From NCBI RefSeq assembly GCF_009914755.1, contig NC_060926.1: DNA of 64,000 nucleotides. One strand, given 5' to 3'. The notes below the pieces were generated by a model. It saw nothing but the letters and a program-made list of their open reading frames with translations, did no database searches and was not told the DNA's origin. The stretch comes from the human T2T-CHM13v2.0 reference genome, Homo sapiens. A program made the position numbers and the translations under genes. Shown in pieces: positions 43,081 through 57,880 of the stretch (position 1 is its first letter; every line of letters starts with the position of its first letter).

Positions 43081-43586
43081 AATCCAGGATAAAAGCTAAA
43101 CTAAACAGGATACAGCAGGACATTCCCAGGCAAGCTGAATAGGTAATTTATGTACCCTAAGAATAAAGCTCTAGAACAAGGTCTGGCTCTCAGTAAGGAA
43201 TAGGTAAAGACTAGCGATTTTTATTGGTTTAGCCTTCATTATTGTTGTTGCTATTACCATGGTACCAGTTTTGTTCATTTATTATAAACAGTTCACTGAG
43301 CTTTATAACTACTGTCTTGTTTAATTTTCCCCAAAGCCCAACTGCTGCATTCTTTTACTTCTATCTGCATGGCCCTTCAAGGCATCTGAGTGGGTAATCC
43401 CTGGATTTAGTCTGGAGTCTGAATCACTACACTGTGCTTTCTCTTCCTATTCTCTATTCCTGTAGTTGTTTTAGTATGAAGCACTATCCACTGGATATAA
43501 TCTGACATACTATCTTATATATTCCAGATGTTTATGTTAGTCACCTCCACCCCAAGATTAGAAATCTCTTGGGAGCATGGACCAAT

Positions 43587-44140
43587 GTATCAATCACAGT
43601 TTTTAGATGCAAGCAACAGGAACCAACTCTGGCTAATTAAAGCAGAAACAGGATTTTATTAAAATATATTACATAGCTCACAGAATCTACAGAAGGGCTG
43701 GAGAACCAGGCTTAGAGGCTCTGCAGCCCAGAACAAGGCCCCAGATCCACCACAGAACTGGTTGGTCCTGTGAAAACAAACAGCATCACTGGACACAGCC
43801 CTCCCAACAGCCACATTGCTGGACACTGCAGATAAACTGTTGTCACAACCACTTCAGAAACCTCTAGGTTGCTGCTGTGACCATCAACCTCCCTAAGATA
43901 AAAATTCAAGTGTTCTGAGGTTTTTTGTTTCATCAGTTTCCAAAAAACAGGTGAGTGCACCCAATTGGTAGAACCCAGTCACGTGCCCATCCTCCAGCTG
44001 CAAGAAAGCGAGTATTTGGTATTTTCAGCTTCTTTGGTCATGAGAAACATTGCATTGTATGAGGAAAATTCCTACAAGCCTAGGGAGGGTGCTCAAGAAC
44101 TAGGCAGTCAAAACTCAAGACAAATGTCTCCTGCATCCAT
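43587..44140 (-). mobile_element. Old MLT1 (K/N-like) LTR
   Basis: tgcaagcaacaggaaccaactctggctaattaaagcagaa...tttatt; gtcacgtgcccat. Confidence 0.65.
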
Positions 44141-45287
44141 GACTTGCTGTTCTTTAGTGTCACTCTCAGAACTGAGCACCATTGAACCCTGAAGACTTGC
44201 TTTCTGCCGACATCACAAATTATCCAAGTGATGCTGTGGAGATTAATTTTAAAAGCGGCACTTCAGACAACAGTGAAAAATGGTAATGTAGCTATTTTCT
44301 CATTGGCATATCCGAATATAAGCATCACAGAATCCCTTTCTATTCAATCTCGTTGGTAGTACAGAGGTTCAAAGTAGTCTACAAATTCACTGAGAAACTG
44401 AGAACCAAATAATTTATAGATGACTATAACTACTATAAGTTCCTTTGATCTCTCAACTTTAAGGCAAAGCAGGAAGAAAAACAATAAAGGAAGGGAAAGG
44501 CATTTTGCATCCATTAATCAAGTGGCTGCTTTACAATATAACACTTAACTCCTTCATAGTCACTGTTCAATTAAGTCTCAAATCTTTCCTACCAAAGCCT
44601 GATGATTTCAAGACAACTGAGATTACAACAGTGGATGTAGAGCATCTTTAGCACCATAGCACTGAGCAAAAAAAACACCCAAGAGAAATGAGAATTAAAA
44701 AGCCCAAGGGCCATAATCTAAAGAAGCTACCAAAGAGCACAAAACATACAAGTTGACCCCAAACAACCTGAAATAAAAGGTTCCAACTACCACTCATCAG
44801 ACAAACCATGGCCACGATATTGATTGGGATATGACAACTTAACAGCAAGTTGAGAATTGTTCCCAGACACCAGGCACCTGCCATAAGGCAGAGACTGTTG
44901 ACTTATCATGGTTCCCATGCTAGACACTGACAATCTAACTTCCCAAATATTTATGTGCCAGGCACTTCACTTGGTACTTTGATGCAAAACCAAGGTATAT
45001 AAATTGCCATCCCTGATACTCCCAAATTTATCATCTGTAGGAGGTAAGAAGTCAAGAATTCAAATGGCTATAAGGCAGAACATGGCAAATGCCCTAAAGG
45101 TGGTACAAAGTGCATATGGATTCAATGGAGGGAAAGAACATGGAAGTCAAGAAAGGCAAATGATAGGAAGAGAATGCAATGAATGCCTGAAACCTCCTTG
45201 ACTGCAAGCCATTTTCACAGATTATGAAAGACAGTTAGGGCTGAAACGGATCCTTCTACAGATTATCTAACACAACCCCCTCTTTTT

Positions 45288-45900
45288 AAAAACTTTTATT
45301 TTAGGTTCAGGGGTACATGTGAAGGTTTGTTATGTAGATAACATACAAAGTTTGCCGTGACTCAGGCAAACTTGTGTCACGGGGGTTTGTTGTACAGATA
45401 GTTTCATCACCCAGGTATTAAGCTCAGTACCCAATAATTATTTTTTTATGCTCCTCTCCTTTCTCCCACCCTCTATCCTCAAGTAGACCCTAGTGTCTGT
45501 TATTCCCTTTTTTGTGTTCAAAAGGTCTCATCATTTAGCTTGTAAGTGAAAACGTGCAGTATTTGGCTTTCCATTCCTGCATTAGTGTGCTAAGGATAAT
45601 AGCCTCCTGTTCCGTCCATGTTCCCACAAAAGACAAGATCTCGTTCTTTTTTATGGCTGCATAGTATTCCGTGGTGTATATGTACCATAGTTTCTTTATC
45701 CAATCTGTCATTGACAGGCATTTAGGTTGATGCCATGTCTTTGCTATAGCAAACAGTGCTGCAATGAACATTTGCGTGCATGTGTCTTTAGGGTAGAATG
45801 CCTTATATTTTTCTGGCTATACCTAGTAATGGGATTGCTGGATGGAATGATAGTTCTGCTTTTAGCTCTTTGAGGAATTGCCATACTGCTTTCCATAATG
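45288..45900 (-). mobile_element. 5'-truncated L1PA15/16-like 3' end
   Basis: aacttttattttaggttcaggggtacatgtg; peptide MFIAALFAIAKTW; TSD caac(cc/ta)cctcttttt at 45273 and 45901. Confidence 0.9.
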
Positions 45901-48473
45901 CAACTACCTCTTTTTTGCACCTAACATGACGCTCTCAAGTGAAGTGGCTAGCAGAGCCAGAATTAGAGTCCAGGTTTTCTGACTCCTACACCTATATAAT
46001 CCCTTAGAGTCAAGAGACACTTAAGGAAAAGAAAAATTTCCCATCCTTTCCTGTGCCTTAAATGCCACTTCTCTCCTTATGTCCCATTTATGGAGAAAGG
46101 CTATTTGATCTTGTCACTTGGCAGTGTGGCAGTGAAGTACATATGTTGGGGAGGAGGGTGGTCACAGGGACACAGAGACTCTGAGGGTCTGTCCTGATAT
46201 CCTCCAGAGACAGCTGCTTAGCTTAGCTGAAATGCTGACCAAACCCCTGTTCTAAGAAAGGCCCTCAGCACATAGGTGGGTGGAGATGGTCGAGAAAAGG
46301 CCAAGGATTGCCAGTATCTGAACCAGGGACTGAGTCTCTCTTGGAAGTAAGTATTGAAAATTGAATCTGAATCCGATACAATTTGGCTGGAGCTCTGTCT
46401 GAGCAGGGATGACCTCAGGTGACTCAGGTTCAGGATATCATCAGTGGGCACCTAAGGACACAGTGCAGGACAAGCTTGGCAGCAGCATGGAAAAGGGTGA
46501 GAACGCCACACACTTTGTCCATAGCCAAGAAATCAGGGCCGTGGAAACCTAACTGGGCTTTGAAATTAGCACTTCACGGAGGGGAGATTGATTCCTCCTT
46601 GGTTCTGTTTCCCCGACGCTGGCAGCAGATTCTGTCTAATAATTAGCTGGTGATAGTCCATATCATTTCCTTCCTAGGATGCTCCAAAGTTTCACAAAGC
46701 CTGATACACTTATGTTAATTTTCTTTTTTCTCAACTTTCTGGGCATGGTGTTTTTGTTCTTGTTTGGTTTTGTTTAGTTTTGGTTGCAAAGTGGGTTAAT
46801 TGGCCTCCTTCATTAATCTAGTGAATTCCTTTTTTGATTTTCAGATATTTTCTTTCCTTTAATGTCAAGACCAAGAACTGGCTATTACTAAGTATCTTTG
46901 ACCTCAGGCTAAAGTCTCTAGGTTTTTATGTTATCATTAAGCTACTTGTTCATCAAGGGCTTCTTATGGGAACATATTTCCTGCAAATAATAGGCCCATT
47001 GCAGTTAGTTTTGACTGGTTTGGTCTTACTAGCACATTTACTGCCACCAAAACCACAAATGATTCTCAGTACATCACAGCCTGATCCAATTATCCTGAGT
47101 CCTCCAGTTCCCACGTCCTTAACTGTCATAAACTTTCTGAAGATGACTCTGTAATAATTTCTGCCATGTGCTTAAGTCTTTATGGCATGTCTTTTTATGG
47201 AAGATTTCCTTAAGGATGCATCATGGTCAAATTTCCTTTCCTACTGACCAGATTGAGCTCAAGGAAGAAGGGAAAACAGTCTATCTGAATCCCAAACATC
47301 CCTAGATTGTCATGGCTACTGTAGTTAAAAAGAAAAAAAAAAGTCACTTTCTGCAACAATAGTCAGACATCATGGCACTTTCTAGATGCCAGGACTATGC
47401 TAGATACCTTAGGAGCACCACATAAAGAGATGATTTTGTCCATAAATCCTTTGTACTTGTACCTTGGGGGCAATCAAGAGGCAAACTGGTTAGCATGACT
47501 TAGAATCAGGAGGCTATGTGTATTCTTAGCTCCATGTCTGACAGCTGAGTGTGTCTCAGTTTCCTCTTCAGTCTCCTCCTCACAGTGCAAATAGACTGGA
47601 AAAGATCTTACCATAGAGGCTTTAGAATGTCTGCAAGTGCAAGAATTATTTTTACGGGACATTTCTCCTTTAGTCTATGGCAATGAATGCATATCCTCAT
47701 CACTTTCAAAGGCAGTGTTGGCTGGACTCAGAATCAAGACATGAGTGATCAGGGTACTTCATCTCCCTGCTGCAGCCTGGCAGGTGAGTGCAGCTTATCC
47801 TGCTGGCAAAGGAAGTGCACCAACTCAGCTCCACTCGCTCTGTGAGCTTTAAGGTACTTAGACCCTACATCCATGTCTTCAGGGGCAGCTTGATCAGCAT
47901 AAGAATTTGCTATTTTCATAATTTGCAGAATAAATTAAAACATGAGAGATTTGGATTAGATAACATGTTACTTTCCTAATTGGAAGTTTGAACACTAAAA
48001 TATTGGCATCATGTTCCTCTGAACTCTTAAAATTGAGGTTGATAACAACATGTCATGTGCAATGAAACCAGATAACAGAAGAAAGGGAAACTCTCGTTTT
48101 TTGTTTAGATGTTATTAATGTGTCACACATTTATACACATGGCACTGTGTGGGAGGTATTATTTTACCCATTTTACAACTGAGGAAACAGAGACCTTCTC
48201 AAATTTGTACATTTTAGAGTAGTCAAAATTCTACCTAGACCTGTCAGATATCAAATTTCCTGATTTTTCCAACGCAGCAATTCATCCAAAGGCAGTCATA
48301 TTATCATTTTATTATAGATCCCTGACTTCTCAATTCCATTCTTAAAGCCCCTTGTCTAGCACTATTAGACCTTTTTATTCTTTGTTAATAAACTATTTGC
48401 TTCTAGAAGACTTTGCCTTCTTGAAAAATATTAAAGATCCTAAAATATCTTAGGAAATTGAAACACTTTAGAA

Positions 48474-48499
48474 AAACAAACAAACAAACAAACAAAAAA
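48474..48499. repeat. (AAAC)n simple repeat
   Basis: Directly visible. Confidence 0.85.
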
Positions 48500-49544
48500 C
48501 ACTGCCTGAGTAAAATCTTTAACGGCGCAACATCCTATGGCCTGACAAGCGTGGTGGGCCATAAGTGTCGTCTGCTGAAAGCTGCTTCAGCCCTTTAACC
48601 TAGGTCAGCTTGAGATGAGTAGGATAGAAATGAGGAGCCGAGCAGGAATATGAAAGTCCTGACAAATTGATAGGAGTATTCAATTCTACACACTAATATG
48701 AATGGTGACAAATTCTCAGAAATCCTGTTTTGTCAATAGAGATTTTAGGGTATTAGAAACCAAGTTCACATAAGCTGGTGTAGATGTTCCCCAATCAGCT
48801 GGTCCTATTGGGTTCTCTTCAGTACTAGAATTTGAAATATATGGGTCAGTTTGAGAAGGTCTCAAGCCCATGTTTGTACAAAAATAATTTACTTATGTCA
48901 CCTCAAAACAAAGGTAGTCTTCAGAAAATTCGGTAACCCAGAATTTGAGGTCTCTATAAAAGAAGTGGTCCTCACTACCTGCTCATTGCTCTCCTAATCC
49001 TGTCCTTCATTGGCCTCCAAAGATGGTTAGCAGATGGGATTCTCTCCAGGCCATATATATGGCCACATACTGCTAACCCTCCCCCATGTTACTCCTTCCC
49101 TTGCCCATGACACATATCACTAATTACAGTACTCTTTCCTGTTACGGCCAGATGTAGCCTCAGAATCCTTCTCAACATAGCTTCAGATGACCACTAGCAA
49201 TCATTTGGAACTGGCATTCAGAAGATCTATGCTGCCAAATCGCCCTAGGGACTGCTGAATAGTGAGCTTCCCTTGTCGAATTCTCCCAGAATCCGAGTCA
49301 CTGTTCAGAGAAGCATCCAATAGAGGATGAGAGAAGAGCTTTGTTCATTACTATCTTAAGAAAACACACTTGGGAATGAACAAAGCTCTCGATCTTTAAA
49401 ATGCTTATAAATCACCCGTGGATTTGTTAAAATACAGATTTTTATTCATTATCTCTGGAATTTATCCCCTCTTAACTTTTCCTCCTTTAGTTTCTATCTC
49501 TTTAATTATTTGTGCTGCATCTTGAGAAATCTTGGGAGTTAGTG

Positions 49545-49760
49545 TTATAGTGCGATGGTTAAACACAAGGGCTCTTTTTAGATTCAAGACTAGTTGTGTG
49601 ACTTTTGGCAAATTACTTATCCTCTTGGCCTTAATTTCCTAATCAATAAATTGGGAATGAAAAGAGAACCTACTTTATATCATTCTTGCAAGGATTAAAT
49701 GAAATTATACATATTAAATGCTTAGAATAATGTTGGGCACAAAATAATTACTCAATTAAT
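49545..49760. mobile_element. MIR, probably within an old L1M remnant
   Basis: actagttgtgtgacttttggcaaattactt...aggattaaatga. Confidence 0.7.
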
Positions 49761-50649
49761 ATCAGATAAAATTAATATTTCAACACAATTTTATGATTCA
49801 CTAATTGACTCTTCAGTTATGTCTAAGTTATGTCTAGTTCACTATGTCGAGTCTTGTTATATCAACAACCTTATTTTTTATTGCCATTATTTCTAAGTGG
49901 TTCTTTTTCATAATAACCCATTCTTGATTTATAACATCATATTTTTATATATCTATATAGCTATCTATATGTCTATGTATAGATACTTTCACCTCTTTAT
50001 CTCTTTGAGGTTATTAAATGCATTTACATTTTTGATTTTATAAAATTACCTTTTTTTACTTCCTTAGATGTAAGCTCTTTTTTGAAATTGTGCTTTCCTG
50101 TCTATCTGGAGGTTTTTAGCTAGGAACTTATTATGATCAGGAGATTTTTCAAGATTTCAAAAATAATCTGCTGGATTATAATTTCCACATACGAGCTTTG
50201 AGCAGGGAGCATAGTGCCAGTACACAGGCCTCAGTCAGACATCTGTATAGAGATCACCCTGCGGGAGAACTCAATTCCAGGCCCTGTCCCTGCAGGCACA
50301 ACCCAAGCCTAGCCCATGGGTTTAGGACAGATGTCACTGCCATGACTCCTGGCCTTGTGCTGGCCGCTCAGCTCTCACTTCAGGTGGCTCCACTGTAGAC
50401 TGGCAGGGCAGTTCCATTGCTGGCCATCCTCTGGCCTCAGATACACCCACCTTCTTAGAGCCTTTTCTTATATCATCCAGGTTCAGCCATTTTTTTCAAC
50501 TGCTCTGAGTCCTATTTGACATTTTTTTGTCTGCATTATTCTCAGGCTCCTCCCATGTGCTTAATTGCTTCCCACGCTCACTTGTACCACACACTCTCCT
50601 GAACCCTGTCCCCAATGTTACAATTATATTTAATGAGGCAAGATATTCT

Positions 50650-50956
50650 GTGTGTGTGTGTGTTTGGAGGGGTAGGGGGGCAGGGTCTCGCTCTGTTGCC
50701 CAGGCTGGAGTGCAGTGGTGCAATCTTGGCTCACTGAAAGCTTAACCTCCTGAGCTCAAGCGATCCTCCTGCCTCAGCCTCCCGAGTTGCTGACACTACA
50801 GGCATGCACCACCACACCTAGCTAATTTTTGTACTTTTTGTAGATGCGGTTTTGCTATGCTGCCCAGACTGGTCTCAAACACCTGAGGTGAAGGTGTTCA
50901 CCCTCCTCAGCCTCCCAAAGGGTTAGGATTATAGGCATGAGACACCACATCCGGCC
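50650..50956 (-). mobile_element. AluJ whose tail has become (CA)n and C-rich
   Basis: Reverse Alu; TSD aagatattct at 50640-50649 and 50957-50966. Confidence 0.92.
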
Positions 50957-51426
50957 AAGATATTCTTCATCAGAAACACTTAGGAATAAGTTTGTCTTCC
51001 CCTCCCTATTTCTACAGCCCCAAGTTGCAGAAGTTTTCAAACCCATAGTCTTTCAAAATCCCCCAATCTCTCCAAGCCTCCCATTTCTCTACAGTCATTC
51101 TTACAGGAGACACCAATACCTGTAAGGGCCCTGGCAAAACCAATCACTTGGTATGACAGCAAGTCTTGAAACCAGGAAGGAGGAGGGGGCAATAAAAGTG
51201 CCAGCAAGTGGAGAAGCTTACCGTATTCATCCAGATCTCAGCTCTCCACAGCCCTTCCCCTTGCTCTATGGCTTTCTCTTTATAGTTACTACAGAAGTCC
51301 TCTACAAGGTATAGCTCAGATGTAACACTTCAGAACACATTAACCATCATGACAACCTCATGGTAGATACTTTTTTCCTCTCTCCTGTGGTATGGACTGG
51401 ACTTAGTAACTGTTTCTCCTTCCAAT

Positions 51427-51477
51427 CACACACACACGTTAGCTTGTGTACAGACACACACACACACACACACACAC
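51427..51477. repeat. (CA)n microsatellite, interrupted
   Basis: Directly visible. Confidence 0.9.
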
Positions 51478-53741
51478 TTCTCAAGATGAAAAAACTCGTG
51501 TGATAAGACTTGCTGCCTTCTTCCATGATTCATTTCCCCCTTTTCCATATGCTCTCTGCCTGCATAAATACCTTTAGCCTATTCATTAATTCCCTGGTAA
51601 ATGTATTCAATTCTTCCCTCTGTTCCTTTTTTCCAACACTCCATTTGCTTTTTAGAAGTTTTAGCTCTAACCTTATGCTCTCTGTCTCTCTAACCCTGCA
51701 GTGATTGTCACTGTCTTTCTGTGTTTCTCTTTCCTCAAAGTCTTATAAAATAGAACATACTGCAAAGCAGTGGTGTTCCTGGGATTTAGCATTTGGGATG
51801 GCAGATGGGGTGGTAACAAATCTGCCTGTGGGGGCTGGGTACATCCCCCAGCACTCCCAATCTATTACATACATTTTGAATGAAAAATGTTAAAGATAAT
51901 GGAATTAAAAGCACATTAATAAACCACTTAATCTATTTAGGAGAAGTTGAGAAAAGAAACTCTTTACTAATACTTAATCTAGTACAACTCACATATAACT
52001 GAACATAATCCCCTTGATCAGCAAGCAGGTATGAGAGATTTCGCTTTTGTGGTCTCACTACAACTTAGGCATTGATGAAGAAAGCACTGGCAAAGGCAGC
52101 TCCAGTATCAGAAGTTAAGGTTGGCTGCCAATCATGTTTTGTTTAGAATCTCTTCTTGAACCCTGGTTTTTACTCACTGTTTTCACTCAAACTATCCACA
52201 GACTCATTTTTTAATAAGACCAGGATGGCTCTTGCCAAATCGTAATGTTATAATTATTCCTTTTTACATATTCCTCATTTAGATTGCAAACTCTCTAAAG
52301 AGTAAAGACTGTCAGTCTGTTCCATGGGATGCCAGTGTGCAAAGTAGGAGGGAAGTAGAGCACCTCCTATCTAAAAGGAATATGCACTGTGCAGGCATTT
52401 CACCTCTTCATTCTTCTGTAATCATTGCAACCACCTATGTTCACAGATGTCAGTATGGAAGCTCATAAAGGTGAAGTAATTTTACCAAGATCATAAAACT
52501 AGTAAGAGAGCTTGGATGCAAACCCAAGTCTTGACTCTAAAGCTTGTGTCCTTTACACCACACTGTGCCACTCAGTGCTGCACGAATACATGATGAGTGA
52601 TGAATGAATGAATCAATCCATCAAACAAGCCTGGACCCAAGGCACTTAAATTCTGCCAGTTCAACTTTCTGATTGCAAAATAAAGGGTGGCCATTTAATA
52701 GTGGATGTGAAAAATAAAAGTGTTCTGTGAAAAGAATGATATTGACCTCTAAATCAAAATTTTCAACATTTAGATATGCAAAAAAATAACAGCAATAACT
52801 CTCCTTAAAATACTAGAAGCTACATCAGTTTTATTATCCCATCTGACAATTGACTGAATGAAAACAGAGAGACTAAGAGAGGCCTGGGTCAATGTCATAT
52901 GGGCTATCTAGAATTAGAACCAAGAGCCTTTGAAAGTGGCATCCTCTGTCCATCAATCCATAATTTTTAAGATATTAATGTGCAATTTTTCACCACAAGC
53001 CCTAATGGAACCTGTACCAGGAGTAAAACTTTATTATCAGTTAACCAGTATTGAATACCTATCAAGGATAGACATTGTGTGAGTGCTGTTGGGTTTTCTA
53101 GAGTAAAAAAGCAGACTTCAGCTCCAGCCTCCTTTGTGATGTAACCATAGTGAAGCTAGAGAATTACATCGAGCACTGCAGATGGTATAGAATATCCTAA
53201 TTACAATTCCAAATTACACTAAATGCCTTTCTAAATAGAAAAAGACCCAGATAAATTAATCTGAAAGGACATATAAAATTGCAGTCATGGGGAGATAAAT
53301 CTTTCATTAGCAAATCTTTCCATTTGCCTGACCACTTCTAAGTAACTTTTAGATCACTAAGGATTCACACACATACACACACAATTTTCCACGGCTTATG
53401 AAAAAATAAAAGCATTTCCATTATGTTCTGTCTCTTTTGAAGAATACCCTGAGGATTTCTTCTAAAGTTGAGGCAAATCAGCATACACAAATACATCCAT
53501 TTACAATCTCCTTGGAAACTAGAATTGCTGGTCAATTCAGGCAGCAAGCAGCAAAATGTTTTGTCCAGGTTTCCTTGAAGAGAGAAAAATATTGTGAAAA
53601 ATTTGAAGGAGGATATACACTGAGTTTCAGGGTTTGATGTGCTAGCCTCTAAGGAACTACATTTCCATGCACCGGAAAGACTGCTGCTTTATGCCAAGTC
53701 TACATGCTGTGCCATCAGAATGAAATAAGCCAAAGAAAAAT

Positions 53742-53990
53742 GATAGTAAAAATGGATACCATTTATAGAGCATTTAGCAGGTGCAGGCACTACACTAAGC
53801 ACTATACTTATATTACCTCATGTAATTCTCACAACCACTCCAGGATGTAAGCATTGTTTTCCTCATTTTACAAAATAAAAAATGGAGTCTCAGAGAAGTT
53901 AAGCAGATCACTTAAGGTCACACAGCTAACAAGTGATGAAGTTGTATGAAACTTGGTGCCTGTCCTCTGAACACAATGCTGCATTTCCAC
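53742..53990. mobile_element. MIR
   Basis: catttatagagcatttag...aggcactacactaagcact...aaggtcacacagct. Confidence 0.8.
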
Positions 53991-55109
53991 AGGCACGACT
54001 GTGTTGTCAACAAGACCACCTTGCCTTCCCTCCCCAGCTCAATGATATAGTTACTGCCAAGCTTCAGATAAGATTTTCCATCAAATAATGCTTAAAAAGA
54101 ACCACAGATTTCCAGCAAAGACATGGAACTGCTAAAACAAAGATACACAAACTGTTCCCACCGATTATATGGTCATTTATTTACCTATTCCTCATGACTC
54201 ACTTCTGCAAAACTCTATACTGTAATGAAAAATCCACAATGAGGAAAGTAAACTATTTGTGCTCTACCTCTAGATGGACAAAAAGATGAAGAGGCATACT
54301 GACACACTCACGCACACACAAATGGAAAACACAGATTTGTTTTGACAACCTATTATACTACAAAAATATTTATGAATGTAAGCTGCAGCAAAGTGCATCC
54401 ATCTTCCAAAAGCACACATACCCCGTCAAAGGCTGCTGAGATTCGGGGAAGGTGAGAATACCCTCCCATTTAACTGCCTTCAGGCTAAGGGGGGCACAAG
54501 AGGGAAGCCTCCAGTTTTCCATTATCAGGGTTTCTCATAATGTCATTCTTTTCACAGAACATTCTTATTCTTCACATCCACTGTTAACTGACCACCCTTT
54601 ATTTTGCAATCAGAGAGTCGAGCTGGCAGAACTGAAGTGTCTTGGCAGCTGCAGAGATGAAACTCAACTGAACAAACAGATTCTTAAGTGATGCTTAGAT
54701 GGAAGAACTTGGACATGGTTCAGATTTCTTAAAAATTCATTTAAATGTGTGATTGAATCCTGCTCATTACCCTCTCGGCAGTATATTATATATTCAGCTC
54801 TTTTATTTTATAATAATATTGACGGTGGAAAATAAAGGTACAATATTACCAACTCTTCTTATTATAGAAGAAGAGCAGCTTTGTTTACGTCATAAACAAT
54901 AGTCAATAAATGCATATAAGTTAATTTTTCACAGCAGTCTATACCCAGAACTTGGATATGCTATTTTGCTCTTTGGTCCAAATTTCTTGAGACAAATAAA
55001 TCCTTCTGTGTGGTAATCAGACTAAAGTTTTGGAGTAAACAGTGTGTGAGAACATGCAGACCCAAGATTAGAATGTTGCTTAATGTGGACCAATGACAGA
55101 TGACTTTAC

Positions 55110-55690
55110 TACAGCACTGCCTGCCACCTCTCTGACCTCCTTTCCAAACACTCCTCCCCCTTCACTCACTCTGCTCCAGCCATAGACCAATTTATTTTTA
55201 TTTAATTTTTATTTCAATAGGTTTTTGGGGAACAGGTGGTGTTTGGTTACATGAATAAGTTCTCTAGTGGTCATTTCTGAGATTTTGGTGCAACCATCAC
55301 CTAAGCAGTGTACCCAATATGTAGTCTTTTAGACCCATTTATTTTCCATGAATGTCCCAAGCATGCCCCCTTCTCACAGTCATCGCATTTGCTATTTCCT
55401 CTGCCTTAAACACTCTTACACTAGACGGCCACATGGCTTAACCCTTCACTTCTTTTAAGTGTCTCTTCCAATGTTACCTTCCATCTTCACCCACCACTCT
55501 CTAACCTTCTAACCTACTTAGTTTCTTCACATTTGCATCATCTGATGTATATTTGTTTGATTCCTGACTTTCTTCTCCCACTTGAAGGTTAAGTTCCAGG
55601 AGCAAAGGGACTTTGTTCACTGCAGTAACCCCAGCACCTGGATCATTACTTGCATATAGCAAATGCTCATGAATGAATAAAATGATGAAT
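55110..55690 (+). mobile_element. L2 3' end, interrupted by an L1PB fragment
   Basis: actctgctccagcca...ccccagcacct...gaatgaat terminus. Confidence 0.75.
55199..55329 (-). mobile_element. Short L1PB-like 3' fragment
   Basis: atttcaataggtttttggggaacaggtggtgtttggttacatg; TSD tagacc(a/c)atttatttt at 55183-55198 and 55330-55345. Confidence 0.88.
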
Positions 55691-56227
55691 ATCCTCAGAA
55701 CCAGCTTAGGGCTGGGGGGCACAGTGGGGTGGTGGCCTAAGATGCCCATCTATAAAAGGGGGCTGAAGCTTCACTGAAAAGATAGTGAGATAAAGGATAT
55801 TTATTTTAGAATTCCTCCGCAAATGTTTATAGAGGGAATACTTGGATAAACCACATAAGTCAGGGGGAGGATGAGCCACCCTCCCACAAGGGTGTTGGCT
55901 AAACTGCCCTGAAGGAGGGTAAGTACAATCAACTATAGGAATCTTCTTCTACTGAGTGGACTTTTCAAGATTGAGTCAATTTGCTTGGGTCTAATAAAGA
56001 GAGGTCAAAAACAGCCACCAGTAGTTCTCCTCATCTGTTCCCTATGTCTTGCTCAGTCTCTCCTCTACATAAATGTTACACGAATAGTTAAATAATACTG
56101 GTTTGAAGGAATGTCATATCATCAGCCTGTCCTGTGTACCTACGTACATTTCCTCTGTTCAATAATCTACAGTGCTTCTCTATTATCTTCTGTCTCACAT
56201 TCAAACTCCTCAGCTTGGCCCTTAGTC

Positions 56228-56815
56228 CCTGGAACCCATGAATATGTTACGTGACATGGCAAAAGGAACTTTGCAGATAGAAGGTTCTGAACCTTAAAAC
56301 AGGGAGATTAGGAGATTATCCTTTATTCTCTAGTTGGGACCAATGTAATCACAACGGCCCTTAACAGTGGAAGAGAAAGGCAGAAGAATCAGGGTGATGC
56401 AGAAGAATCAGGGTGATACAGCAGATGAGTGAGGCACTGGAGTGATTTAAAGTATGAGATAGTCTCAAACTGCCTTTGCCAGCTTTGAAAATGGAGCAAG
56501 GGATCCATGAGCAAAGAAGGCAAGTGGCCTCCAAAAGCTAAAAACAACCACCATCCAACAGCCAGCAAGAAAACAGAGACCTCAGTCCTACAACTACATA
56601 GAAGTGAATTCTGCCAACAACCTAAATGAGCACAGATGCAGATTCTTCTCCAGAGCACAACTGCACCAACACTTTCACGTTCGTCTTATGAATTCCAAGC
56701 AGGGAAACCAGTTGAGCCCACTAGACTTCAGGCCCAGAGAACTATAAGATAATAGATTTGTGTCATCTTAAACTACTACATTTGTGATTATTTGTTATGG
56801 CAGCAATCAAAATCT
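56228..56815 (+). mobile_element. MLT1D-like LTR
   Basis: ccctggaacc..tgaatatgttac..catggcaaaagg; ccagaactataagataata; tttgttatggcagcaat. Confidence 0.85.
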
Positions 56816-57123
56816 AAAGCTAAACCTTTAGCGATCTGGATCCAACTTATGTATCCAAAACATCCCAGTGCTCTGAAACAGGAATCCACTGCTGCAGTCA
56901 AGTGGGTCTCCTTTCAGTCCCTAAACATGCTCATTTGTTTTTAATCCCACACTGCTTCTCCACTCAAACCATTTTTCCTGCCATACCAATTCAAATCTGG
57001 TGCTCTAAGGCTGAGTCAGATGCAAGTCTCAACTCTTTCACCTTTTAATTGGTTGCTCAATATGACTTTCCACTTAGGGACTTCCAAGTGTCACAACATG
57101 CTTCCAAAAATTATATATTTGTG

Positions 57124-57287
57124 GGCCGGGCACAGTGGTTTTCACCTGTAATCTCAGTGCTTTGGGGAGCTGAGGTGGGAGGATAGCATGAGCCTAGGAG
57201 TTCAAGGCTGCAGTGAACAATAATCATAGCACTGTGCTCCAGCCTGGGCAACAGAGCAAGGCCCTGTCTCTGAAGAAAAAAAAAAAA
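57124..57287 (+). mobile_element. Alu monomer (FAM/FRAM-like)
   Basis: Single arm of about 160 bp with poly-A. Confidence 0.85.
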
Positions 57288-57880
57288 GTACATGCTTTTG
57301 TCAAGTGTCTTTATCATTTTCTCTTCCAACAAAACTTTAAGCCCTTTGTGAGCTGAAACTACATCTCCTTTGTTTCTAGCAAAACATAAAACAACAGATA
57401 CACAGGAAATATTTCTTAGGAACTTGCTCACTTCACTTTAAATGCCCACCTGGAGATTTTTACATATAGAGAATATTTTGTAATTTGCTAAAATGACAAA
57501 ATTTGAAAAAGTTTTCACAGCATAGTTGATTTCAGCTTGTATCACAGATCAGGTGAGCAGAGTCCTAATGATATGATCCAGTGACAGGAAGTACTTAATT
57601 GCATTCATATCTATCAACTGGATGTTCCTTACAAGGACAGAGTTCTCACCTGACACCTGCTTTCCCACTTTATCCTATTTCTGAGGACTTCAGTGCTAAC
57701 GACATGAAAATCATAATCATACCATGTGGGGACAGCTCACCAATGCTAGTGACAGCAGTATTGTGCCTCATTGCCTAAATAACATCTCCAGCTTTCATTA
57801 CAGTAGACAGACCAGATAAACAATGAAACCTGTTGTCCTCTCAAGAATAAGCTCTCATTTTTCATAATAAAGAGAAGCTG

